From Kiritimatiellia bacterium (GTDB taxonomy: Bacteria > Verrucomicrobiota > Kiritimatiellia > RFP12 > UBA1067): a stretch of DNA of 41,787 nt. The DNA is taken from positions 1-41,787 of the forward strand of contig JAFUEM010000024.1 in assembly GCA_017463935.1 (NCBI GenBank), given 5' to 3'. Position numbers and translations under genes: made by a program. Shown in pieces: positions 20,301-28,628 of this stretch (positions within the stretch are counted from its first letter, which is position 1; each line of letters begins with the position of its first letter). Under the pieces are notes generated by a model. The model was not told where the DNA came from. It searched no databases and saw only the letters and a program-made list of their open reading frames with translations.

Positions 20301-20544
20301 GGCACCGGAACCGCTTGTCGTCGAAGGCATCCTGGGCGATGGGTTTGGATGGTTCAAGATGACGCTTGACTATGGATCATGGCCTGGTGTGGCTACGTTA
20401 AGCATCGTCACATGCGCAAGTCAAGACGAGTTTGACTGCTTTGTTTTCGCATGCGATGATCAAGAATGGCGGCTGGTGGACAAAAATGGCGGACTATGGA
20501 CTATCTGCCGCGAAGAGGACATGGATGTTTGCTATGGATTATGA
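17344..20544 (+). CDS. Secreted CotH kinase family protein with four InlB-B/Flg_new-like repeats
   Basis: Signal-like N-terminus. KGRGNSSW, KSYKLKLDKK, YHGVYMLCE, GYLFEVD, GPVWDYD motifs. Repeats YDLAGG..P.R.GY.FAGW. Confidence 0.85.
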   Translation: MSRACTMGFAIVGAFASFSSTFSSQVESETDEVLPVAAIRFATTAPALGQAVETTLSGALSDPGYRWISWPACGDAAEGVEVGTGASYVPTEDDLERWLQVQVWQGDTLVCSNALYFSRLPVVYLTTDDGFAVTNKEYVSASLKIQGNSEFAQQYDGATQVKGRGNSSWSIYPQKSYKLKLDKKTDLFGFGKNKHWVLVSCFHDRALLRNKFASELGKALGIVGMDMTWVDVVYNGEYHGVYMLCEHLRVGDNRVEIFDWEDEAESVAGKLYKAVKSAAALTAEDKSALETQMSEDLSWMSDGLLVFKGQTYDLSDYGLKKDYDFSGGYLFEVDDRLSGVSRFRTPEGVKVLVDKPEFAKSNAEMFSVATSLWARFEAAYKSADGRSGDGTRYTEIADLDSMAAFWLVNELFGQNDTANSRFSFIDQGGKLTFGPVWDYDYSSAAGLLASQAGLSFTTFFNRNADNWFRDWVRHQDFRSRVIELYWRIARPQMLEIADSPALEELITRLSEAGAAEDARWGAYPNPYRAEAVMPSHAEDVENWHSYILRHLAWLDVQFSSEKSFAQCLKTVCPDQGCIAYDLAGGATTSELRTLVDPDAWFNISRPKRQGYVFAGWTASGDISAKARWSVQRNTSQPMTSATLCGTNSNYCAFRGLAEPGGVVCLRANWVRPGGGYAIEYDLADGRAEATYPVSAAKDEDLELPAPVRNGYEFAGWSLEGSLAEEASFSVPGADASGLSGAIAYGGGFERCKFRNLAVSGGFVRLTARWTIPGGYAVEYELGGGKAGSSYPASIARKGWLYLKTPVKEGYVFAGWSLVGDLSASGRYSTQSGVSQLLDPAAPSYGGGHDYCSFYGLLKEAGVVRLCANWAVPKGYAVEYDLAGGVATGTYAALFKAAVWTTVPAPRRDGYSFAGWIVEGAEIGSNARYSVVANERHPVLAGTPCGAGYSRCSFKELTNAGGAVRLTAQWQSVITKSSQLKAISMQMAPEPLVVEGILGDGFGWFKMTLDYGSWPGVATLSIVTCASQDEFDCFVFACDDQEWRLVDKNGGLWTICREEDMDVCYGL
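19075..20252 (+). repeat. Four ~100-aa repeats in the CotH protein
   Basis: YxLxxG starts at 19081, 19381, 19678, 19978 (spacing 300/297/300). Confidence 0.8.
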
Positions 20545-21487
20545 TGTAACAGTCGTGACAGTCGTTTACGAGTTGGTGAAAGGCGGCCGCAAGGACTTCT
20601 TTTGCCAATGCGTGGCGTCTGTTGCTGCGCAGTCAGGGGTGCGCATCGAGCAGATCATTGTCGATGGTGCCTCTGCCGATGGCACGAAGGAATTGATTGC
20701 AGATTGCGTCGGCGAGCGTGACAATGTCACATGGCTGTCCGAGCCGGACAAGGGCATCTACGATGCGATGAACAAGGGGCTGAGGCTGGCCAGAGGGCGC
20801 TACATCACATTTCTCAACAGCGACGACTATTATCACGATTCAAGTGGACTGAGGCAGGTCGTGTCCCGGCTTGATTCCTCGAAGGCTGATTTTTCCTATG
20901 CGCCGGCCGTCATTCTCAAGCGGAATGGCACACGATCGACTTCCAGTCCGCATGTGAATCCGGATCTGAGAAATATTCTGAAGGGCATTCCGTTTTCCCA
21001 TCAGACCGTCTTGGTTCGAACCGACCTGATGAGGAAGATGGGCGGATTCAACTTGAACTATTATCGAAGCGCTGACTATGCCTTTGTCATGGAGCTCGTG
21101 TTCGCCGGGAAGAAGGCGGTTCGCGTCGAAAACGATTTCGTGACGTTTCGGGCCGGCGGCTTCAGTTGCAAGAATCCGTCTGAAAACCAGCGAGAGCATT
21201 TGGCGGCTTTCTCGGCTCTCGCAAAGCGCTACCTTGGACGCGAGCTGTCCGAGAAGGAATTGAAAGCGTATCTTTATGCATGCATCATGCGCTCTTTCGG
21301 CGTGGCGGCGCTCCGTGACGGTTGGGGCGGCGCGGAAAACGACGTCGCGCCGCTGCTCGCGCGCGCTTTCAAAGATGTTGCGCGTCTCGATCGGGAGGTT
21401 TGGTCGCTGAAACGGTCCTTTGCGTATTGCGTTGGCATGTTTGTCACGTGGCCGGCGCGGAAATTGTGGAATATGGTGAGATGGTGA
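20534..21487 (+). CDS. Glycosyltransferase family 2 (WcaE-like), paralog of 13934..15349, with tail motif
   Basis: IVDGASADGT, SEPDKGIYDAMNKG, FLNSDD, ADY. Ends RSFAYCVGMFVTWPARK. Alternative start at 20525. Confidence 0.9.
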   Translation: MDYDVTVVTVVYELVKGGRKDFFCQCVASVAAQSGVRIEQIIVDGASADGTKELIADCVGERDNVTWLSEPDKGIYDAMNKGLRLARGRYITFLNSDDYYHDSSGLRQVVSRLDSSKADFSYAPAVILKRNGTRSTSSPHVNPDLRNILKGIPFSHQTVLVRTDLMRKMGGFNLNYYRSADYAFVMELVFAGKKAVRVENDFVTFRAGGFSCKNPSENQREHLAAFSALAKRYLGRELSEKELKAYLYACIMRSFGVAALRDGWGGAENDVAPLLARAFKDVARLDREVWSLKRSFAYCVGMFVTWPARKLWNMVRW

Positions 21488-21512
21488 GGTGGTGAGATGG
21501 TTTGGCGGTGAG
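21473..21512 (+). repeat. Five imperfect 8-bp tandem repeats (ATGGTGAG)
   Basis: atggtgag atggtgag gtggtgag atggtttg gcggtgag. Confidence 0.75.
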
Positions 21513-21521
21513 GTATGGACG

Positions 21522-21578
21522 GGAGGGTCACGCTTGTCGTGACCTTTTTCCTGCGGTCGCGACAAACGCGCCCCTTCC
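21522..21578. repeat. REP-like palindrome doublet in inverted orientation; first copy also terminator-like
   Basis: GGAGGGTCACG-cttgt-CGTGACC (21522-21544, then TTTTT) and an inverted degenerate copy ggtcgcgacaaacgcgccccttcc (21555-21578). Confidence 0.7.
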
Positions 21579-21608
21579 GCTGTCGACCTGCCACTAACCA
21601 CTTAAAAA

Positions 21609-21617
21609 TGCTATAAT
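21609..21617 (+). promoter_or_regulatory. Extended -10 (TGCTATAAT), leaderless promoter of AAA gene 2
   Basis: TATAAT at 21612-21617, 7 nt before ATG 21625. Confidence 0.75.
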
Positions 21618-21624
21618 ATACGCC

Positions 21625-23217
21625 ATGGAGAAGTTGGCGACAGACATCTATTCGTTCGAGCGGCTTCGCGAGAGCGGTTTTACGTACGTTGACAAGACGC
21701 GCGAACTCTACGCGATGGCGTCGGGTGACGTAGGCGTACAGTTTTTCATCGCGCGTCCGCGGCGCTTCGGCAAATCGCTCGCCGTATCGACGTTGAAGGC
21801 GCTTTTCGAAGGGCGGCGCGAACTTTTCAAGGGCCTGGCGATCGAGCCGCTCTGGGATTGGTCGAAGAAATGGCCTGTGCTGCATCTCGACATGGGGACG
21901 ATGCAGTATGATACCGTAGAAGAATTAGACCAGTCCTTGAGAGATTATTTTTGCCTAATGGCATCGGAGGTGGGTGTTTCGCTCGACCGGACGAAATTGA
22001 TGCCCGACATGTTTCGCGATATGATACGCGAGTTGGCGGCGAAATCCTTCGACGGTCGATGCGTAGTCCTGATCGATGAATACGACAAGCCGCTCTTGAA
22101 AGCGCTCGATACCACAGATGTCTGCAAATTCCGAGACTACCTGAAACCATTCTACGGCGTTGTGAAATACGAGGGTGAGAAACAGCGCTTCACGTTTATC
22201 ACGGGCGTGAGCAAGTTTTCGAAGGTGTCGATATTTTCGGATTTGAACAATCTGAAGGACTGGACGATGTACGCGAGCGTCGCGACGCTTTTCGGCTACA
22301 CGCACGAGGAAGTGCGCAAGTATTTCCCTGGACGCATACATACGCTCGCCGAGGCGAACTCGCTCACGGACGAAGAGGCGTTCGCCGAAATAATCAAGTG
22401 GTACGACGGCTATAAGTTCCATCCTTCTGCCAAACCTGTCATCAATCCGGTTTCGCTCGGACTTTGTTTCGAAAACAACGATTTCGCCAACTACTGGTCG
22501 AAGACGGCGGTGCCTACGTTTTTGATCGCCATCCTCGCGAAGCATCCACTCGATTTTTCGAGCGTGAACGTGAGCGACGACCGCCTGGAGGCGTACGAGC
22601 CGGAGAACCCCGACGTCACGACGCTTCTCTACCAGACAGGCTATTTGACGATCAAGGCTGCGCACCGCCTGAACGACATGACGGTTTACGACCTCGGCTT
22701 CCCGAACAGGGAAGTTGCAAACTCGTTCACTTCGAGACTTGCGCCGGCATATGTCGATATGGAGCCGCCATCCGCAGAGTCTGCGCAGATAGCGGCAGCA
22801 CGTGCGCTGTTGGCGCACGACGTCGCGAAGTTCATAAAGGCGCTCAAGACGTTTTTCGCGAATATTCCGTACGACCTGACGGACAGGCAGAACGAGCAGA
22901 CGTGGCAGGCGATCGTGTATGTGGTGCTGAAGGCCGTCGGCGTGGGCGTGCAGTCGGAAGTGAAGACGAACGACGGGCGCATCGACATGGTGGTCGATCT
23001 CCCCGGCGACATCTACATCGTCGAATTCAAGCTCGACAAGCCTGCGTCAGAGGCGATCGAGCAGATCAAGGGCAGGGACTACGCCGGGAAGTACGCGCTT
23101 TCCGGCAAGCGCGTCACGCTGATCGGCATCTCCTTCTCGTCTGAAAAGCGCACCATCGTCGAGGAACTCGTCGAGGAGTTTCCGCAGGGCGACAAGGTCA
23201 GAGGTGGTGAGGCGTGA
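21625..23217 (+). CDS. AAA-ATPase-like + PD-(D/E)XK nuclease protein, copy 2
   Basis: Same motifs as 8674..10263 and clearly paralogous, 12,951 bp apart. Confidence 0.92.
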   Translation: MEKLATDIYSFERLRESGFTYVDKTRELYAMASGDVGVQFFIARPRRFGKSLAVSTLKALFEGRRELFKGLAIEPLWDWSKKWPVLHLDMGTMQYDTVEELDQSLRDYFCLMASEVGVSLDRTKLMPDMFRDMIRELAAKSFDGRCVVLIDEYDKPLLKALDTTDVCKFRDYLKPFYGVVKYEGEKQRFTFITGVSKFSKVSIFSDLNNLKDWTMYASVATLFGYTHEEVRKYFPGRIHTLAEANSLTDEEAFAEIIKWYDGYKFHPSAKPVINPVSLGLCFENNDFANYWSKTAVPTFLIAILAKHPLDFSSVNVSDDRLEAYEPENPDVTTLLYQTGYLTIKAAHRLNDMTVYDLGFPNREVANSFTSRLAPAYVDMEPPSAESAQIAAARALLAHDVAKFIKALKTFFANIPYDLTDRQNEQTWQAIVYVVLKAVGVGVQSEVKTNDGRIDMVVDLPGDIYIVEFKLDKPASEAIEQIKGRDYAGKYALSGKRVTLIGISFSSEKRTIVEELVEEFPQGDKVRGGEA

Positions 23218-25520
23218 AAGATATTGCGCGACCAGACATCAAACCGGCATTTGCCGAGCGGAACATTCCCGTTGCGCTGGCGACGGACGAGAATTATCTG
23301 CCGTATCTCAAAGTCACGATAAACTCGGCGATTGCCAGCTCTCCCGGAAGCAATCTGGACATCATCGTCCTGCACGCGGGCATCCCGGAAGATGCAATTC
23401 TGGATTTCACCGCCAGATACGCGGGAACCGGCAATGCGTCCGTGAGATTCGTAGATATTTCGGAGGAACTGGAAACGTCCGGGCTTTCGGACTACAAACA
23501 GACGGCCAGGCTGCCGCTGTCGTCGTGCTATCGCCTGCTGCTCCCCCGCATCCTTCCCGCATACGGCAAGATCGTGTATATAGACGTGGACGTCGCCGTG
23601 TGCCGCGACCTCGGCGAGCTGTATGCGACGGACGTTGGCGACAACTGGTTTGCGGCCGCGAAAGACGTAGTCTACACCACAAAGCCCGAATATGTTTCCT
23701 GGGCGGGGAAGTGGGGATTCACGGAATGGGACGGCTACGTCAACACCGGCGTCCTGGTCATGAATCTGGAGCGTTTCCGCCGCGAACCGGTCTTTGACAG
23801 ACTCAAGGAGATCGTTTTCGAAGCGGCTAAATGGAACTGCGCCCAGGACGCCCTGAACTTCGTCTGCAAAGGGGCGATCGCGCCGCTCGATCCGCGCTGG
23901 AACGTGCAGCTCGGCGACTACTGCATCTCGAAGCAAATCGCCTTGACCGGTGAAGAGATGTGGATCGCGCATTTTACAGGAGGAGAAAAGCCTTGGAAAT
24001 ATCCGGTGCATCGTTATTCACACCTCTGGTGGCGACATGTCGATTGTTCCGACGGCTTTTCTGTCGTATTGTGGCGGAGCGCGTTTGATGTTGCCGATAC
24101 AGTCGTCAGCCAGGGTGAAGGAATAGCCGTTTCTGTAATCGTTCCGGTTTACAACGCCGAAACATATCTCGTCCAAATGCTTGTCTCGCTGGCGGCGCAG
24201 ACGCTTCGCAACATTGAAGTGATTTGCGTCGACGATGGATCAACCGATGGTTCTTGCGCGATATGCGAAAGATTCGCGGCGGCGGACGCTCGGTTCAAGA
24301 TTTTGCATCAGACGAATTCCGGGGCCGCCGTTGCACGCAATAGAGGCATTGGCGAGGCTCGGGGAAGATGGCTCTTCTTTGCGGACGCCGATGACTTCTG
24401 CCGTCCAGACATGCTGGCAGACATGGTTGCCGAGGGCAAGGCCAGGAACGCCGATATTGTCGTAGCGGGGAGCTTTCGCTTTGATGCCCGCCAGATTGGC
24501 GAGTGCTGCAAGGTCTGCATTCCTGCAAAGTATGTCGAAAAAGAGCAGCCGGTGTCTTGCCATACCGATGGCGTGAATGTCTTCTCTGGCCTTGGCTTCG
24601 CTCCGTGGAACAAGCTGTACAAATCAGATTTTGTCCATGCCTGCGGCATCCGCTATCACCAGACTCCGCCCAACGACGACGTATTCTTCGTGCTGGCGAC
24701 ACTGATTCTCGCCCGGCGAATTGCCCTGATGTGCAAAGAGTATTATTATTACAGGGCGTTTCTTGAGACAAGCCAGATGGGGCAGGCTGACAAACACCCT
24801 GCGAACTTCCTGGCGTCGCTTCTCGAAGTGCGTGACATTGTCGCCACGCAAAAAGCTATTATTCAACAGGATTTCTTCGTCGTGGCCGTCAAATCCTGCT
24901 TCGATAACCTCATGATGCGAAAGACACATGAAGGAATCGTAAATACATACGCCGCAATCCGGGACGGAGGGTTGGAGGCATTAAGGCTTCCTTTCGCGGA
25001 TGAGACATGCGCGGATATCGGGATATGTCGTAAAGCATTCGCCCTCACTCTTGCGAAAGCGGATGTCCTTATTGTGCTTTCAACATACTGCCGCGAACAG
25101 CATCTTTCCGAGTTGTCCTCTCTACTCACGAGAGATGTGGCTCTCCTCAAGCTTAAGGGGTGGCTGGCGGAGAAAACGGCACAATACGAAGCGGCTGACA
25201 GCCGAATCAAGGTTCTCCGCGAGCAGTCTGCCAATGCCGGCAAACAGGCAATTGCGCGGAATGAGGCGCATAAGCGCGATGTCGAGCGCCTGAAGACGGA
25301 TGTGCTCAAGTTGAGGGGATGGCTGGCGGAGAAGACGGAACAATACAAGGCGGCTGACAGCAAAATCAAGGCTCTCAACGAGCTGCATTCCAAAATGCTT
25401 GCCCAGAAGGAAGCATATAGGCGTGACGTCGACAACCTGAAAGGCCGGATAGCCGCGCTGGACTCCGCGTTAGCGAAAAGCAACCGAATAATTGCAGAGA
25501 TTTCTAAATCAATTGGATAA
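23214..25520 (+). CDS. GT8 + GT2 fusion glycosyltransferase with coiled-coil C-terminus
   Basis: TDENY, YIDVDV, VNTGVLVMN, AQDALN, HFTGGEKPW, then VIVPVYN, VDDGSTD, FADADD. A 53-aa duplication lies at 25146/25305. GTGA-coupled to AAA gene 2. Confidence 0.9.
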   Translation: MKDIARPDIKPAFAERNIPVALATDENYLPYLKVTINSAIASSPGSNLDIIVLHAGIPEDAILDFTARYAGTGNASVRFVDISEELETSGLSDYKQTARLPLSSCYRLLLPRILPAYGKIVYIDVDVAVCRDLGELYATDVGDNWFAAAKDVVYTTKPEYVSWAGKWGFTEWDGYVNTGVLVMNLERFRREPVFDRLKEIVFEAAKWNCAQDALNFVCKGAIAPLDPRWNVQLGDYCISKQIALTGEEMWIAHFTGGEKPWKYPVHRYSHLWWRHVDCSDGFSVVLWRSAFDVADTVVSQGEGIAVSVIVPVYNAETYLVQMLVSLAAQTLRNIEVICVDDGSTDGSCAICERFAAADARFKILHQTNSGAAVARNRGIGEARGRWLFFADADDFCRPDMLADMVAEGKARNADIVVAGSFRFDARQIGECCKVCIPAKYVEKEQPVSCHTDGVNVFSGLGFAPWNKLYKSDFVHACGIRYHQTPPNDDVFFVLATLILARRIALMCKEYYYYRAFLETSQMGQADKHPANFLASLLEVRDIVATQKAIIQQDFFVVAVKSCFDNLMMRKTHEGIVNTYAAIRDGGLEALRLPFADETCADIGICRKAFALTLAKADVLIVLSTYCREQHLSELSSLLTRDVALLKLKGWLAEKTAQYEAADSRIKVLREQSANAGKQAIARNEAHKRDVERLKTDVLKLRGWLAEKTEQYKAADSKIKALNELHSKMLAQKEAYRRDVDNLKGRIAALDSALAKSNRIIAEISKSIG

Positions 25521-25530
25521 AAGGGCGACA

Positions 25531-25697
25531 ATGCTTTTTACATCTCTAGAGTTCCTGTTTTTGTTCCTGCCGGTATGTCTGGCGTAGCGGCCTATTACCT
25601 TATTGAACTTCCCGGCGCCAAGCTTCTTGGGGCGATTTACGGTATGCTGAATATTGATGGAAATACAAAAAAGGAAAAAAAGGAAGATGCACGGTAA
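25531..25697 (+). pseudogene. Stub: MBOAT (AlgI/DltB-like) head plus acyltransferase-3-like tail
   Basis: MLFTSLEFLFLFLPVCLA* (25531-25587). Another frame reads VAAYYLIELPGAKLLG...EDAR* and overlaps ATG 25687. Confidence 0.6.
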
Positions 25698-28428
25698 TCC
25701 TACATCTACGGAGGATTCCTCTCCACTGGTATCAGTAGTGCTTCCGGTGTTCAATGTGGAGCACTACATCGTCGAATGCCTTGATTCGATAGCGGCGCAG
25801 GATTATCCGAATTTCGAGGTCATCGCGGTCGACGACGGCTCTAGCGACGGGTCGCTGCGGCTGCTGGAAGAGTATGCCTCTTCGCACAGCGCAATGGCAG
25901 TCCTTCACCAGGAAAACTCTGGTGCCGGCGTTGCGCGCAACAAGGGCATTGCGGCAGCGAAGGGCAAGTACGTGCTGTTTGTGGATCCCGACGACGCAAT
26001 CGAACCTTGCGCACTTCGCGAACTGGTGGAAGTGGCGGAGTCCAAGTCGGCGGAGATAGTGCTGTTCAGCGCCGCGCGCTATGATGCCGAACTGAAGACT
26101 CTGGTAACGCTGGCGCACCAGCCTAGACAAGCGATCGACCTCCCGGAGGTGTTTGCGGGCAGTGACATGGCGTCGAATATCTATACAACATTTTCTGATG
26201 GACCGGCTCCGTGGAATAAGCTATTTCTCCGGCAGTTTATAACCAACCATGGATTATCCTTCCAGTCGCTGCCACGCGTAAACGACCTAAGCTTCTCGTA
26301 TTCCGCCCTAGCCTTGGCGAAGCGTATCTGCGTTATTGACAAGGCATACTATAGATATCGGACAAACCGCAAAGGGAGTTCCCAGAATACAACCGACCGC
26401 GATCCATCCCCCGTTTGTGCCGCATACCGCCGCCTCAAGGAAACGCTTTCTGGCAAGTGCGTGTTCGCTGATTTTTCAGACAGCTTCTACAAGGCGTTCT
26501 ACAGCTCCTGCTCGTACACGTTTCGCCAAATGAAGCATCTGACAACGGCAAGGCGGCTGTTCGATTTGCTTCATTCCGAGTCGATGGCCTCCATCGCTGG
26601 TGCAAAGCTCGGCCGAGACGCATTCGCGACCGACAAGGAGTTTGCCGCATACGCGGGCTTTTGGGAAGAACGATCGCCCTATCGTCTGATGCTGACCCCA
26701 AGACAACGCAATTTCGCCGACGATATGCCGGCCTTGCCGAAGAGCGGCAATGGCAAGGTGTTGGGCATAATGTGCGGGTCCTTGCGCCCTGGTGGCATTG
26801 AGCGCGCCGTGACACATCTAGTGCCGATGTTCGTTAGAAACGGATTTGACGTCGTGATCATGACTTCGGCTCCGCCGACTGACATGGAGTATGTGCTTCC
26901 CGACGGTTGCATAAGGTTGACGATTGGCCGCGATTCCGAAGACAATTCCCGGTACGATCGCATAAGAGCTGCAATACTCAAGTACGGCATCGGTATTGTA
27001 ATTGCCCACGAATACTACATGTTGACCATCGGCAAGGACATAACCGCAATACACTCTGCCGGAGCATATGCCGTCGTGCATCACCACAGCGTTTTCTCGA
27101 ACATGTACGTGAGGGATAACCGCGAACGCTCTCTTCCGCAACTGCTCAGGGCATACAGGACGGCGGACGCAATGGTGACGCTTTCCGATATCGACGCGGA
27201 TTTTTTTGGCATGATGGGCTGCAAGACCCTCAGAATTACGGATCCCGTGCCGGACATTCCTCATCCGAAGTCAAAGGCATCTTCCGGGCACACCGTGATA
27301 TGGGCGGCGCGGTTTGTGGACGGCAAACGCCCATTGGATGCCGTCAGGATATTCGAGCTTGTGCTCCAGCAGGTTGCGGACGCAAAACTGGTGATGCTGG
27401 GCGATGGACATGCGGAGCAAAAAAAGCTTGTGGATGATTATCTTTCCACCCGCCCGGATCTCAGCAGGGCGGTTGAGAGAAAAGGCCATCAACCTGATGT
27501 TTTCGCTTTCGAGCGGGAGGCAGATGTCTTCCTTACGACAACCAAGTTTGACGGATTCTCGCTCTCGGTGGTAGAGGCCAAGGCAATGGGCCTGCCGGTC
27601 GTCACGTATTCCATGCCATATCTTGAGACGGTGAAGCCTGGGACTGGCGTACTGTCGGTTCCCCAGGGCGATGTGGCTGCGGCTGCCGACGCCATCGTGC
27701 GGATTTTCAACGACGAAGCGCTACGAGCGAGGTTGTCTGGCGAGTCGAGGGCATCATACGAGCATTTCGCGGCGTTCGACCAGTGGGCGGCGTATTCGCA
27801 GCTGTTCGGCGCACTCAGCGGAACAAGTGTGCTCCCCGAACGAGATGTCAAATGCGAATCGGCTACGATTATCGTAAATACTCTCATAGAGCATGTTGAC
27901 TTGGCCATGGGGCGCGTCCTGGAAAAATCCGCCAAGATGGCATCCCCGAATCTATGGTGCAAAAAAGACGAAAGAAATCCGAAGACAGCAGAAAAGAGAA
28001 TAAAGAGTCCTAAAGTTTCGATCATCGTGCCTGTGTACAATGCGGCACCCTATCTGTTGGAATGTCTGGATTCACTGGTCGACCAACTTGACGGCAATGT
28101 CGAGGTAATCTGCATCGATGATGGATCGACGGATGATTCCGCGCGCATCATCGCAGCGTATGCGGAGAAGCGGACGAATGTGCGGCTTCTCCAGCAGGCG
28201 AGAGCGGAAGTTTCGGCGAGAGCCGCGCAGAAGAAGATCGACGCGCTCCGCAGAGAGATATCAAGGCTGCGCAATTCCGAGTCGTATCGCGTCGGGATGG
28301 TTGTCACGTGGCCGGCGCGGAAGGCGTGGGGAGGCGTGAAATGCCTGCGCGAGAACGGCGTCAAGTACACCGTCAAGCACGCCGTTGGCAAGGTGTTGCG
28401 GCTTTTTGGCTCGACGTGCAAGTGGTGA
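25687..28428 (+). CDS. GT2 + GT4 fusion plus truncated second GT2 and tail module
   Basis: GT2 (VVLPVFN, VDDGSSD, FVDPDD), GT-B (GGIERA, KFDGFSLSVVEAKAMGLPVV), then a GT2 fragment cut after VRLLQQ and joined to the NSESYRVG..TWPARK tail. Confidence 0.87.
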   Translation: MHGNPTSTEDSSPLVSVVLPVFNVEHYIVECLDSIAAQDYPNFEVIAVDDGSSDGSLRLLEEYASSHSAMAVLHQENSGAGVARNKGIAAAKGKYVLFVDPDDAIEPCALRELVEVAESKSAEIVLFSAARYDAELKTLVTLAHQPRQAIDLPEVFAGSDMASNIYTTFSDGPAPWNKLFLRQFITNHGLSFQSLPRVNDLSFSYSALALAKRICVIDKAYYRYRTNRKGSSQNTTDRDPSPVCAAYRRLKETLSGKCVFADFSDSFYKAFYSSCSYTFRQMKHLTTARRLFDLLHSESMASIAGAKLGRDAFATDKEFAAYAGFWEERSPYRLMLTPRQRNFADDMPALPKSGNGKVLGIMCGSLRPGGIERAVTHLVPMFVRNGFDVVIMTSAPPTDMEYVLPDGCIRLTIGRDSEDNSRYDRIRAAILKYGIGIVIAHEYYMLTIGKDITAIHSAGAYAVVHHHSVFSNMYVRDNRERSLPQLLRAYRTADAMVTLSDIDADFFGMMGCKTLRITDPVPDIPHPKSKASSGHTVIWAARFVDGKRPLDAVRIFELVLQQVADAKLVMLGDGHAEQKKLVDDYLSTRPDLSRAVERKGHQPDVFAFEREADVFLTTTKFDGFSLSVVEAKAMGLPVVTYSMPYLETVKPGTGVLSVPQGDVAAAADAIVRIFNDEALRARLSGESRASYEHFAAFDQWAAYSQLFGALSGTSVLPERDVKCESATIIVNTLIEHVDLAMGRVLEKSAKMASPNLWCKKDERNPKTAEKRIKSPKVSIIVPVYNAAPYLLECLDSLVDQLDGNVEVICIDDGSTDDSARIIAAYAEKRTNVRLLQQARAEVSARAAQKKIDALRREISRLRNSESYRVGMVVTWPARKAWGGVKCLRENGVKYTVKHAVGKVLRLFGSTCKW
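28303..28428 (+). repeat. Full copy of the GT 3'-tail repeat
   Basis: Matches 29575-29665 (83/91 nt) and 8593-8640 (44/48). 28301-28322 matches 21441-21462 (22/22). Confidence 0.9.
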
Positions 28429-28482
28429 CGCCGAGCATAAAATGGGTGCGCCGTCTCAAATCAAGGCCGGCGAACTTTAGCT

Positions 28483-28563
28483 TTCGGGAATGAGATGCCT
28501 TAATTTTCGGGAGTGAAATGCTTTAATCTTCGGGAGTAGAAAGATTTATTTTTAGGGAATGCC
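28483..28563 (+). repeat. 3.5 imperfect 23-bp tandem repeats (TTCGGGARTG...TTAAT) upstream of a promoter
   Basis: Units start at 28483, 28506, 28529, 28552. Confidence 0.75.
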
Positions 28564-28564
28564 A

Positions 28565-28594
28565 TTGACGGCACATGGCGATATATGCTATAAT
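28565..28594 (+). promoter_or_regulatory. Sigma70 promoter TTGACG-N18-TATAAT with extended TG
   Basis: Near-consensus -35 and -10, followed by AAGGA and ATG 28629. Confidence 0.8.
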
Positions 28595-28628
28595 TACGCA
28601 CAATTTTTTGCAAAAAGGACTTATTGAG

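Noticed and set aside
28483-28563. 23-bp repeats as a CRISPR array
   Set aside because: Units are contiguous with no unique spacers, and there are no cas genes in the window.
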